Below are positions 40,969 to 50,641 of a stretch of DNA of 64,000 bases, piece by piece. Made by a program: the position numbers and the translations under genes. How positions within the stretch are numbered: position 1 is the first letter of the stretch; every line of letters begins with the position of its first letter. The notes below the pieces were generated by a model. The model did no database searches and had not been told where the DNA came from. It was given only the letters and a program-made list of their open reading frames with translations. The stretch is from assembly GCA_965197745.1 (NCBI GenBank), contig CBDANS010000007.1, positions 1,920,001-1,984,000 on the forward strand, in the 5' to 3' direction. The DNA comes from Opitutales bacterium. Its GTDB lineage: Bacteria; Verrucomicrobiota; Verrucomicrobiia; Opitutales; PNEW01.

Positions 40969-41377
40969 ATCGGGCATGATTTCTGCCTCAACTCAGGAAA
41001 CCGAAACGCTGGCAACCGAAATGGCAACGGTTATCCCGGAGGATCAAATCTTAGCATTGTACGGTGAACTGGGAGCAGGTAAAACAACCTTCGTCCGAGG
41101 ATTGGCACGTGCCTGGCGAATCATTGACCCGGTAACCAGCCCAAGCTACAATATCCTGGCAATATATCGCGGGGAGCGAACGCTGCTCCATCTCGATGCT
41201 TACCGCCTGGAAAGTGAAAAACAAATAGAAGACCTGATGTTAGAGGAATTTTTTACTTCCCCCTATTGCCTGGCTATTGAGTGGCCCGAAAACCTGGGTG
41301 ATTGGCTGTCCCCTCACTGCTGGAAACTTCGCCTCGAAAACCATGACGAAAACCATCGTTTTATCCAGCTCGTTTGA
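40946..41377 (+). CDS. tsaE: tRNA t6A biosynthesis ATPase
   Basis: GELGAGKTT, VTSPSY, HLDAYRL and IEW. Confidence 0.96.
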   Translation: MNILKRLKSGMISASTQETETLATEMATVIPEDQILALYGELGAGKTTFVRGLARAWRIIDPVTSPSYNILAIYRGERTLLHLDAYRLESEKQIEDLMLEEFFTSPYCLAIEWPENLGDWLSPHCWKLRLENHDENHRFIQLV

Positions 41378-41491
41378 GGGGTAAAATAGTTGGGGAGTTA
41401 AGTGAGACCTGATCAAAGAAACTTGGGCACATGCCCCACTGGACCCCGTTTATGACTTACCTTATAAACCTTACGCTTACCCCTCAACTCC

Positions 41492-42745
41492 TTAAAGGGC
41501 GTTGAGGACAATACTGGCATTGTGACCTCCGAAACCTGAATTGTTACTCATAGCTACTTTAACAGGTGCGGATTTTTTTCGGTTAGGAACATAATTCAAG
41601 TCACAATCCGGATCAGGGTTTTCGTAATTAATAGTGGGGGGGATATCACCGGTCTGGATTACTTTTGCCGTCGCGGCCGCTTCGATACCGCCCGCTGCTC
41701 CAAGGAGGTGTCCCGTCATCGATTTTGTCGAGCTGATATTAATATTGTAGGCATGATCACCAAATACGTTTTTTACGGCTAAAGTCTCAACTTTGTCATT
41801 TGGTCCTGTCGATGTGCCATGAGCATTGATATAATCAACTTCAGAAGGATTCACCCCGGCCGCTTTAAGGGCGTTATTCAAACAGAGGATGAGACCTTTG
41901 CCATCCAAATCAGGAGTGGTAATGTGATAGGCATCACAGGTCGCTGCGTAACCCGTTAATTCACAATAAATATTTGCTCCACGTGCCTGTGCATGCTCCA
42001 GCGTCTCAAGAATGACGACCCCCGATCCTTCCCCCATGATAAAACCATCTCTTTTCATATCAAATGGGCGGCTGGCACTTTCCGGTGCATCATTGTAGGC
42101 CGTGCTCATCGCTTTCATATTGCAGAAACCGGCATAGCCTAATGGGGTAACAGCAGCTTCACTCCCTCCCGCCACCATGACATCGACAGCACCACTCTGT
42201 AAGTGAAGCATGGACTCACCTATCGCATGTGTCCCGGTGGCACAGGCACTGACTACGCTAAAATTGGGCCCTAGTGCACCGATCTCCATGGCGACAATTC
42301 CCGATGCGGAATTGGCAATTAATGAGGGGATCATAAAAGGCGAGACTTTTCGAGGGCCTAAATCATACATTCTGAGTGTTTGTGTTTCGATCGTATCCAT
42401 GCCGCCAATACCCGAGCCAATGATGATACCCATGCGCGTTTTATCCACTCTTTCCATATCTAACTGACCGTCGGCAAGGGCTATTTTTGTAGCCGCTAAG
42501 GCAAAATGAGTATAGCGGTCATTGCGCCTCACTTCTTTAGGATCCATGTAATCCTTGGGATCGAAATCCAGTACTTCGGCACCAATCCGGGTGGGAAATA
42601 CACTGGGATCCCAACGTGAGATCGTTTTTATCCCACTGCGGCCCGCCAATAGGTTATCCCAAAAAGACTGAATATCATTACCCAATGAATGAATTATTCC
42701 AAGACCGGTAATTACAACCCGTCGCTTTGGCAAATGAGTTTCCAT
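41492..42745 (-). CDS. fabF: Beta-ketoacyl-ACP synthase II
   Basis: SACATG, SRPFD..RDGF, NAHGTST, KSMTGH and GFGGHN. Confidence 0.97.
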   Translation of the reverse strand: METHLPKRRVVITGLGIIHSLGNDIQSFWDNLLAGRSGIKTISRWDPSVFPTRIGAEVLDFDPKDYMDPKEVRRNDRYTHFALAATKIALADGQLDMERVDKTRMGIIIGSGIGGMDTIETQTLRMYDLGPRKVSPFMIPSLIANSASGIVAMEIGALGPNFSVVSACATGTHAIGESMLHLQSGAVDVMVAGGSEAAVTPLGYAGFCNMKAMSTAYNDAPESASRPFDMKRDGFIMGEGSGVVILETLEHAQARGANIYCELTGYAATCDAYHITTPDLDGKGLILCLNNALKAAGVNPSEVDYINAHGTSTGPNDKVETLAVKNVFGDHAYNINISSTKSMTGHLLGAAGGIEAAATAKVIQTGDIPPTINYENPDPDCDLNYVPNRKKSAPVKVAMSNNSGFGGHNASIVLNAL

Positions 42746-42811
42746 TGCAAAATTGGCAGCCTCAAGCCACAACCAAGCTAACCTGGCACGCTATGATACT
42801 CCCACGGGTAA

Positions 42812-43069
42812 TTAAGCACCCGCTTTATCCTCAATATATTTAGTGACATCACCAACTGTCTGCAGCTTCTCTGCTTCCGATTCTGGGATCTCACCTTGGA
42901 TCTCATCTTTAAATTCCTCTTCAAAGGCCATTATAAGTTCAACCGTATCCAAGGAATCGGCTCCAAGATCATCCAGAAAGGAGGCTTCGGCTGTAACTTG
43001 CTCATTATTTACATTGAGCTGGTTGACAATAATCTCCTGCACGCGACTTTCGATAGATTTATCTGCCAT
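42812..43069 (-). CDS. acpP: Acyl carrier protein
   Basis: [12 protein letters not shown] phosphopantetheine site. Confidence 0.97.
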   Translation of the reverse strand: MADKSIESRVQEIIVNQLNVNNEQVTAEASFLDDLGADSLDTVELIMAFEEEFKDEIQGEIPESEAEKLQTVGDVTKYIEDKAGA

Positions 43070-43108
43070 AACTGTTCGACTGATTTTTGAAAAGTGTATT
43101 ATTTCGCA

Positions 43109-43855
43109 TCACATCACAAGCCCGCCGTCAATGGAAAAAACTTTACCGGTGATATATGCCGCTTCCTCAGAACAGAGAAAAGCGACTAATCCGGCAACAT
43201 CTTTCGGTTGGCCAAGCCTCTTTAAAGGAATCATTTTTGTTATCATTTCGGAAGCTTTTTCGTCCATATTTGAGGTCATATCCGTCTCAATAAATCCCGG
43301 CGCTACGGCGTTTACAGTGACCGTCCGGCTGGAAAATTCTTTAGCTAAGCTCTTCGTCAGCCCAATCATTCCCGCTTTTGACGCGGCATAATTAGCCTGA
43401 CCGGCATTCCCCATAAGCCCCACAACGGAGCTAATGTTGACAATCCGGCCCCAACGCTTTCGGGCCATCGGGTGAGCCAGAGCCTTTACCCAGTAGAAAC
43501 AGCTGAATAAATTCGTCCGCAACACCGATTCCCAATCATCGTCTGACATCCTCAGGATAAGTCCATCACGTGTAATTCCGGCATTATTTACCAATATATC
43601 TATATTTTCATATTCCTTAAGCAGAGATATAGCGGCCGTTGCCACTGCTTCGCTGTCCGAGACATCAATGGCATAGGCCTTAGCAGTGCCCCCGGCTTTA
43701 GTGATCGCGTCCGCTGCTGCACCGCAACTATTTTCCGATTTACTTATACAAATGACCGTAATTCCACTGTTGCCTAATACTTCTGCTACCGCTCGCCCTA
43801 TCCCTCGACCGGCACCGGTGACAAGGGCTACACGATTTTCATAAGTCAACTGCAT
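43109..43855 (-). CDS. fabG: 3-oxoacyl-ACP reductase
   Basis: TGAGRGIG, NNAGITRD, YAASK and PGFIETDM. Confidence 0.96.
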   Translation of the reverse strand: MQLTYENRVALVTGAGRGIGRAVAEVLGNSGITVICISKSENSCGAAADAITKAGGTAKAYAIDVSDSEAVATAAISLLKEYENIDILVNNAGITRDGLILRMSDDDWESVLRTNLFSCFYWVKALAHPMARKRWGRIVNISSVVGLMGNAGQANYAASKAGMIGLTKSLAKEFSSRTVTVNAVAPGFIETDMTSNMDEKASEMITKMIPLKRLGQPKDVAGLVAFLCSEEAAYITGKVFSIDGGLVM

Positions 43856-43934
43856 GGGCACATGTCTTCAAAAATTGCTGGGTGAGGCAAGATTTATCGT
43901 TTTCTCTTCTCTTACCAGCGTTAGGGTATGCGCT

Positions 43935-45098
43935 TTAGTAGATGTCGCGCAGGTAACGTTTGTCCTTTTTCATTTGCTTCACATAGGCCTGGCTCTCCTC
44001 TTCACTCATTCCCCCGTCATTTTGGATGATTTCGTGAAGAGCAGCATCGACATCGGGAGCCATGCGCTCGGCGTCACCGCATACATAAAAATACGCCCCC
44101 TGACTGATCCAGTCCCACAGACCAGCGGCATTCTCACGCATTTTATCCTGAACATATATTTTAAAATCCTGATCCCGGGACCAGGCGAGATTGAGGTGCG
44201 TCAATTGTCCCTTAGCCAGGTAATCTTCGAATTCTTCCCCGTAAAGGTAATCCGTGGCTTCATGCTGATCCCCAAAAAACAGCCATGTCTTACCCTGGGC
44301 GCTCCGAATAATGCGCTCCTGGATAAAGGCACGAAAGGGGGCAATACCGGTCCCGGGGCCAACCATGATAAGATTAATATTGTCATCCTCAGGCAGACCA
44401 AAATGTGACTTGGCAACAAAAACGGGGATTTTTTTCTCAAAGATATCAACACGATCGGAAAGATAAGTGGTGGCGACGCCCACCCTATCACGCCCATTCG
44501 TTTCATAGCGCACAATGGCCACCGTCAGGTGAACATCATCAGGATAAAGACTGGGTCCTGAGGCTATAGAATAGAGTCGGGGAACCAGTTTGCGCAGGCA
44601 CTCGACAATTTCTTGAGCTTCAAATTTTGCGCTGGGAAATTCTTCAAGCAGATCGATGAATTCACGGTTTACAAGATAGGTTTTAGTAGTTTCTTTCGCC
44701 TCCTCGGAAAGCAGTTCTTCCAGTTGTCTTTTTTCCTCTTCGGATCTTACTTTTTCCGAAAGTTTTATTAAAAATTTTTTTGTCGGTAGCGCTAAAGAAA
44801 CCCTGCTGAAAAGTGCATCTCGCAACCTTATATCTTCAGGATCGTTTTTGAGACGGACTTTCTCATCACCGCTCATCCCCAAGACCTTGAGCAAGGCATC
44901 TATTTCCTCTACACGGTTTGTGGGGTATACACCAAGAGAATCTCCGCAGGTATAGGTCATACCGCTCCCTGAAATATCGACAACATAATGTTGAGTGTCC
45001 TTAGCCGACCCCTCTTTGCACAGCATACGTTTTTCCGTAAGTTGGGCAATAAAGGGATTTTTTACCGTGTATTTCTGTTCAATTTTTACTTCACTCAT
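43935..45098 (-). CDS. CysJ-like FAD/NADPH flavoprotein lacking the flavodoxin domain
   Basis: RLYSIAS, GPGTGIAPF, WLFFG, YVQD, YVCGDA and RY.RDIY. Only 387 aa, with no N-terminal FMN domain. Confidence 0.88.
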   Translation of the reverse strand: MSEVKIEQKYTVKNPFIAQLTEKRMLCKEGSAKDTQHYVVDISGSGMTYTCGDSLGVYPTNRVEEIDALLKVLGMSGDEKVRLKNDPEDIRLRDALFSRVSLALPTKKFLIKLSEKVRSEEEKRQLEELLSEEAKETTKTYLVNREFIDLLEEFPSAKFEAQEIVECLRKLVPRLYSIASGPSLYPDDVHLTVAIVRYETNGRDRVGVATTYLSDRVDIFEKKIPVFVAKSHFGLPEDDNINLIMVGPGTGIAPFRAFIQERIIRSAQGKTWLFFGDQHEATDYLYGEEFEDYLAKGQLTHLNLAWSRDQDFKIYVQDKMRENAAGLWDWISQGAYFYVCGDAERMAPDVDAALHEIIQNDGGMSEEESQAYVKQMKKDKRYLRDIY

Positions 45099-45197
45099 GC
45101 TCTCAGAAAATTGATGTTATTCTTTAATAAATCTTCAATAATTTAAATATATTTCTACCTGTCTTCATTTCTAATAGCAGTTATTAATCATATTACA

Positions 45198-45932
45198 ATG
45201 CGGAAAAAAGAGGAATCCATACGTATCCATAAATACCTTTCCGAGCAGGGCGTCTGTTCGCGTCGCCAGGCTGAATCTTTAATCAGAGAAGGTTTGGTCA
45301 AGGTAAATAGAAAAGTCGCCGAGCTAGGCCAAAAAATAGATCCTGCTAAAGATCATCTATCCGTTCAAGGCAGGAGCATACCCACTAAATCAAAAATAGA
45401 ATTAACACTTGTTCTGAATAAACCAAGAGGGTTCATTTGCAGCAACCGTGATCCTCATCACAGTCAAACCGTCTTTGATCTATTACCTAAAGAGTTTCTT
45501 AAGGAACGGCTCTATTGTGCGGGCAGACTTGATAAAGACAGTGAAGGGCTACTTATTATAACCAATAATGGATCGCTGACCCATTCTATTACTCACCCCT
45601 CAAGGGAAGTAATAAAACGCTATGAGCTGATCTTAAATAAGCCTTTTGATTTAAAAAAAATACCCTTGTTAAAACGCGGTTTGTTTGTCGATGGGGAACG
45701 CTTACACGTGGATAAAGTCGTTCCTCTTAAAAAAGGTCCCAACCCTGAATGTTGTCTCGAAGTTCATCTTAAACAGGGACGCAAACGCGAGATCCGCCGC
45801 CTCTTTGAAGCGCTGGGCTACCCTGTGAAAAAACTCTACCGTTTCCAGATCGGTGGGCTCACCCTGCGGGGCATCAAACCCGGTAATTTTCGCGTTCTGA
45901 ATGCCAAAGATATTAAAAAGCTATTTGTATAA
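45198..45932 (+). CDS. rluB: rRNA pseudouridine synthase (RluB/RsuA family)
   Basis: S4 domain (SRRQAE), NKPRG, GRLDKDSEGL and GRKREIRR. Confidence 0.85.
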   Translation: MRKKEESIRIHKYLSEQGVCSRRQAESLIREGLVKVNRKVAELGQKIDPAKDHLSVQGRSIPTKSKIELTLVLNKPRGFICSNRDPHHSQTVFDLLPKEFLKERLYCAGRLDKDSEGLLIITNNGSLTHSITHPSREVIKRYELILNKPFDLKKIPLLKRGLFVDGERLHVDKVVPLKKGPNPECCLEVHLKQGRKREIRRLFEALGYPVKKLYRFQIGGLTLRGIKPGNFRVLNAKDIKKLFV

Positions 45933-46007
45933 TAGAGGATTAAGGGTGCGCCTTAAGAAGATCTGCCGTAGCCTTAGAATTTACAGTTTAACCTTTTGCC
46001 GCAATCA

Positions 46008-46895
46008 TTACGCCTCTGAAAGTGATTTATTATAGGCCTTCAGTGTATTGCGCATGAGGGTCGCAACCGTCATCGGCCCTACGCCACCGGGTACGGGGGT
46101 AATTTTAGAAACGAGCGGCGCTACATTATCAAAATCGACATCACCGACGAGGCGGTAACCCCGTTTCTTCGAATCATCTGAGACACGATTTGTTCCAACA
46201 TCGATGACTACAGCCCCTGGTTTAACCATCTCAGCAGTGATAAATTGTGCTCTACCCATAGCGGCGATAAGAATATCGGCCTGTTTAGTGATTTTCGGTA
46301 AATTATGTGTATGTGAATGGCATATTGTTACCGTAGCGTTGCCGGTTCTACTTTTTTGCATAAGAAGCAGTGCACAGGATTTTCCCACAAGCAGGCTCCG
46401 CCCCACCACTACCGCGTGTTTACCGTCAACCTTTACATTCGATCGCTGGAGCAACTCAATAATTCCCGCCGGGGTGCATGCCACAAAAGCCTCCGGATCC
46501 TCCTGACAAAGGCGCCCGATATTTATGTTATTCAGTCCGTCAACATCTTTATCGGGGTGGACGCGATTAAACGCCGTCTCTTCGCTGATGTGCTCAGGCA
46601 AGGGGGATTGAACAAGTATTCCGTGGATGGACACATCACTATTCAGAGAATCAATTTTTTTCAGTAATTCCTCTTCACTCGAATCTTCAGGCATCGTATG
46701 AACCTGACTCTCGATACCTATTTCCTTGGCAATTTTTTGCTTTTTATTGACGTAGTATACAGAAGCGGGATCATCCCCCACTCTGACAAAAGCGACGCCA
46801 GGTTGAGCGCCTTTTATCGTCGCAATTGCATCCTTTATTTCATCAAGAATTTGCCGGGAAACAGCGTTGCCATCAATTATTTTTGGATCAGACAT
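46008..46895 (-). CDS. folD: Methylenetetrahydrofolate dehydrogenase/cyclohydrolase
   Basis: Y..K, VQSPLP, KDVDG, GRS..VG, GDVDF and PGGVGPMT. Confidence 0.97.
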   Translation of the reverse strand: MSDPKIIDGNAVSRQILDEIKDAIATIKGAQPGVAFVRVGDDPASVYYVNKKQKIAKEIGIESQVHTMPEDSSEEELLKKIDSLNSDVSIHGILVQSPLPEHISEETAFNRVHPDKDVDGLNNINIGRLCQEDPEAFVACTPAGIIELLQRSNVKVDGKHAVVVGRSLLVGKSCALLLMQKSRTGNATVTICHSHTHNLPKITKQADILIAAMGRAQFITAEMVKPGAVVIDVGTNRVSDDSKKRGYRLVGDVDFDNVAPLVSKITPVPGGVGPMTVATLMRNTLKAYNKSLSEA

Positions 46896-47266
46896 TTACT
46901 CTAAGGAAGATAAACGCAGGTTATACCAATGGCACAAGAAAATACTGTGTAGTGCATATGAATTAATCAAATAACTTTGTATTTTTCGGTTACATTAATG
47001 AAGACCATCGTCGTCCCATGACAGAGAACCAGGGCTCGATTAGCATTGAAAAGAACGGTTTTTACTTCCATCTGATAACTTATAGCTTCAAACTTAAACT
47101 ATATCCACTTACTTACCTCCTCTTCCTCATACCCATATTCTAATTTTACATAAAATGTAAATTAATTGTGAATTTATAAATATAAAAGTGGGACAAGCAC
47201 TGAATGCTTGAATTTTTAAGTTCAACTCCGATACTGAGGTTGAATTTTTAAACCTGTTTACAATCC

Positions 47267-48397
47267 TTGAATTCTTCACCGAAAATACTCGTTGTTGACG
47301 ACGAACCCATCAATGTAAAGCTGCTTCAACGTAAACTGGAGCATGTGGGTTTTGAGGTAAGTGTAGGCTATGACGGAGAAACAGCCTTAGAAAAAGTTTC
47401 CAAGGTTAAACCTGACCTGATTCTACTCGATATTATGATGCCGGGCCTCGATGGTATTGAAGTCTGTAAGCGTCTGAAAAAGAATGACACCACCCACACA
47501 ATACCTATCATCTTCATAACCGCCAAGACTTCTAAAAAGGGGAAACTTTACGGTCTAAGTGCCGGGGCAATTGACTATATCACTAAACCCATAGACCTGG
47601 ATGAGACTGTAGCACGTATAAAAACACAATTGCGGATTCAGGATATACACCGTCACAATCTTGACCTTCAAGCCCGATTAAATGAAGCCCGGCAGTCTGC
47701 CGCGATTGGAGCAATTACTCAGGGCATTGCCCATAATCTTAATAATTTGCTTGGGGTAGTCGTAGGGTATCTCGATCTTATTGATACCTGTTCAGATAAA
47801 CCCGATATGGTCAAACGCAGTGCGGGGCTGATGAATCAAGCTATAAAACGTATCATTAATATCGTCCAACAGCTCAGCCTTTTTGCGACAAAGAAAAAAG
47901 TTCAACTTTCTTTGATTTCGCTCGACCCATTGATCAAAAACAGTATCGAACGTTTTTGCGAGGAGAATAAAGTAAAAGCTAAGGTTAATGTTGAAAACGC
48001 AACCCCGGACACCAATGTAAACGCCAATGCCGAGGTCTTTGAAAATATTATGGGGCTTCTGCTCATCAATGCCTGGGAAAGTTATCCGGAGGGCACCACG
48101 GATGAACGTGATATCCAAATTCATACGGAAATCATTAACATTCGGGGGGAAAAGCAACTCCAGCTTACAATATCGGATCAAGGTGAAGGAATCAATTCGA
48201 AGATAGCGGATCATGTCTTTGAACCTTTTATCTCCTCAAAGACTTCAGTGGGGCGCGGAATGGGTTTAACTATCGCCCGTCATAGCATACGCAATCTCGG
48301 TGGCGATATTTACCTTAAAGATAACCTAACCCCCAAGGAGGCACTTCTGTTGTCTTCACCCACCCGATTTAGGGGTGGCCATACTCACCAGGGTTGA
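47267..48397 (+). CDS. Hybrid receiver domain-histidine kinase with frameshifted C-terminus
   Basis: REC domain (VVDD, LDIMMP, KP), H-box AHNLNN, INA, DQGEG and GMGL. A 5-bp duplication at 48322-48331 displaces the native end, which would stop at 48372. Confidence 0.88.
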   Translation: MNSSPKILVVDDEPINVKLLQRKLEHVGFEVSVGYDGETALEKVSKVKPDLILLDIMMPGLDGIEVCKRLKKNDTTHTIPIIFITAKTSKKGKLYGLSAGAIDYITKPIDLDETVARIKTQLRIQDIHRHNLDLQARLNEARQSAAIGAITQGIAHNLNNLLGVVVGYLDLIDTCSDKPDMVKRSAGLMNQAIKRIINIVQQLSLFATKKKVQLSLISLDPLIKNSIERFCEENKVKAKVNVENATPDTNVNANAEVFENIMGLLLINAWESYPEGTTDERDIQIHTEIINIRGEKQLQLTISDQGEGINSKIADHVFEPFISSKTSVGRGMGLTIARHSIRNLGGDIYLKDNLTPKEALLLSSPTRFRGGHTHQG

Positions 48398-48536
48398 CGC
48401 CTGTAAGGTTGAGTAGCATTCTGCCTATCAGTCAAAATGTCACTCTGTATTACTACTGAATCTTTCACCTTGCATCTGGTATCTTGGATCATGCATCCTC
48501 TTTGCCGTACATAGCGCACCGCTTGTCTCAGACACC

Positions 48537-49340
48537 ATGATTAAAGTATCCTTTCTAGGCGCGGGTAAAATGGCCTCCGCGATGATAAACAGTTTGCTCG
48601 AAAACAAATTGTTCAGTTCAAATGATCTCGCTTGTACCAGTGCTGCGGATGGAACCGGAGAAGCCCTATCCGCTCAGACAGGCATCCTTCACACGGAAGA
48701 CCTGGAGAAACTTCTTACTGAGGCTGAAACCGTAGTTCTTGCCTTTAAACCCCAACAATTAAATGAAATTGGTGAGGATCATCTGCGTCTTACCGCGGGT
48801 AAACTTATTATTTCAATTCTTGCGGGCATCAACATTGAAAAACTGGAGGTAACCTTTTCCCAGGCGGGTAACATCGTTAGAGCCATGCCTAACACTCCCG
48901 GTCAGATTGCCGCGGGTATTACCTGCTTCAGCTCAAAAAAATCCTTGCCAGCCGGGGATCAAGCGATGGTGGAAAAAATTCTCGGATCCTTGGGGCCGGT
49001 AATTCCCGTCCCCGAAGAGTATATGGATGCCGTAACGGCCGTAAGTGGCAGTGGTCCCGCCTACCTTTTTGAGTTTATCGCCGCCCTCCGGGACGGTGGC
49101 ATTAAAGCAGGATTAGCTCCTGATCTGGCATATAGACTGGCATTAGAAACAACACTGGGGTCCTCACGCCTTCTTGCCCGCACCGGGGAAATGCCTGAGA
49201 TCCTGCGCGACCGCGTTAGTTCACCCGGGGGAACTACCCTGGCGGGGTTAAAAGTAATGGACGATCGAAATTTTCGGAAAATCATGGAAGACACGGTAAT
49301 TGCTGCTAAAAAACGCTCAATTGAGCTTTCTGACGCATGA
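48537..49340 (+). CDS. proC: Pyrroline-5-carboxylate reductase
   Basis: GAGKMA, RAMPNTP, SGSGPAY and SPGGTT. Confidence 0.96.
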   Translation: MIKVSFLGAGKMASAMINSLLENKLFSSNDLACTSAADGTGEALSAQTGILHTEDLEKLLTEAETVVLAFKPQQLNEIGEDHLRLTAGKLIISILAGINIEKLEVTFSQAGNIVRAMPNTPGQIAAGITCFSSKKSLPAGDQAMVEKILGSLGPVIPVPEEYMDAVTAVSGSGPAYLFEFIAALRDGGIKAGLAPDLAYRLALETTLGSSRLLARTGEMPEILRDRVSSPGGTTLAGLKVMDDRNFRKIMEDTVIAAKKRSIELSDA

Positions 49341-49421
49341 TTACGTGGATATGAGCCTATGTTTGTCAGCACTTAATTAGAGGCAGGAGATCGATTCAAC
49401 CGGACAATCAATTAAACCGCC

Positions 49422-50426
49422 ATGACCTTACTGGAGAAAGGAAAAATAGTTGTTACTGGTGGTGCCGGATTTATTGGCAGTGCGCTCATATGGGCTTTAA
49501 ACCGACGCGGTCTTAATAATATTCTGGTGGTGGATTTTCATAGCGATGATGAAAAGTTTAAAAATTTAGATCTATTGCAATTTGATGATTATCTGGAAGC
49601 AGATCAGTATATAGATAAAATTCACGCCAACTCTTACTTATTTAAAGAAACCCAGGTGATTTTTCATCTTGGCGCCTGTTCCAGTACTACGGAACGCAAT
49701 GTCCGTTATCTCTTCGAAAACAACTATGAATATACTAAGCGTCTCGCTCATTGGGCATTGAATCATGACACCCGCTTTATCTATGCCTCATCGGCGTCCA
49801 CCTATGGCGATGGCTCCCACGGGCTGATCGATCATGCCGATCAACTCGATCAGCTTCAACCGTTGAACCTTTATGCCTATTCAAAACATCTTTTTGATGT
49901 CTACGCGCATCAGCAGGGGTTGCTCGATAAAATTGTTGGCCTTAAATATTTCAATGTTTTCGGCCCTAACGAATATCACAAAGGAGATATGCGAAGTGTC
50001 GTAAATAAGACCTTTCACCAAATCCGAGAGTCCGGCATAGCAAAACTTTTTAAAAGTTATCATGCGGACTATAATGACGGCGAACAGAAGCGCGATTTTC
50101 TCTATGTTAAAGATGCCGCGAATATGACGCTGCATCTTGCGGAAAAAACAGAAGCATGCGGTATTTTTAATATCGGTAGCGGTACCGCTAATACCTGGAT
50201 TGATCTGGTCTCTCCCCTTTTCCCCGCTATGGGTTTGCCCAGAAAAACAGAATTTATCGATATGCCTGAGCCTCTGCGGGCTAAGTATCAATACTTCACC
50301 CAGGCCGATATTTCCCGTCTACGTTATACCGCTTATGATCATCCTATCACGGATTTATCATCAGCCGTCACCGATTATGTAGAAAATTACCTCCTTCAAA
50401 ATAAATATTTAGGGAGTGTGGCGTAA
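49422..50426 (+). CDS. hldD: ADP-L-glycero-D-manno-heptose 6-epimerase
   Basis: TGGAGFIGS, GACSSTTE, YAYSK, YFNVFGPNE.HKG.M and KYQYFTQAD. Confidence 0.95.
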   Translation: MTLLEKGKIVVTGGAGFIGSALIWALNRRGLNNILVVDFHSDDEKFKNLDLLQFDDYLEADQYIDKIHANSYLFKETQVIFHLGACSSTTERNVRYLFENNYEYTKRLAHWALNHDTRFIYASSASTYGDGSHGLIDHADQLDQLQPLNLYAYSKHLFDVYAHQQGLLDKIVGLKYFNVFGPNEYHKGDMRSVVNKTFHQIRESGIAKLFKSYHADYNDGEQKRDFLYVKDAANMTLHLAEKTEACGIFNIGSGTANTWIDLVSPLFPAMGLPRKTEFIDMPEPLRAKYQYFTQADISRLRYTAYDHPITDLSSAVTDYVENYLLQNKYLGSVA

Positions 50427-50641
50427 TCGTTATATTATAAATTATAATGGACGCGCGATATACGTCCTCGGAGTTTCTGCTTCTAAATCGTGCGCGACCC
50501 CACCGTTATACGCTGAATCATAGATCACACATCATATCCGTTTATACTTATGAACTTATCACTTACTGCTTATAGCTTACAGCAAACCCAATTTTTAGCT
50601 TTTCATCAGGTCTTTTATTTTAAAAACTTCAGGCCATCAAA

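Noticed and set aside
42843..44408. Long antisense ORFs over fabG/acpP and the cysJ-like gene (and similar ones across the window)
   Set aside because: They are shadow ORFs of well-conserved genes, with no motifs of their own.
46930..46950. Possible sigma-54 promoters (TGGCAC here and at 42784, TGGCAT near 30355)
   Set aside because: None has the GC at the required GG-N10-GC spacing.
50449..50496. GC-rich alternative hairpins upstream of the sdh operon
   Set aside because: Short stems and no recognisable riboswitch motif; could simply be the hldD terminator region.
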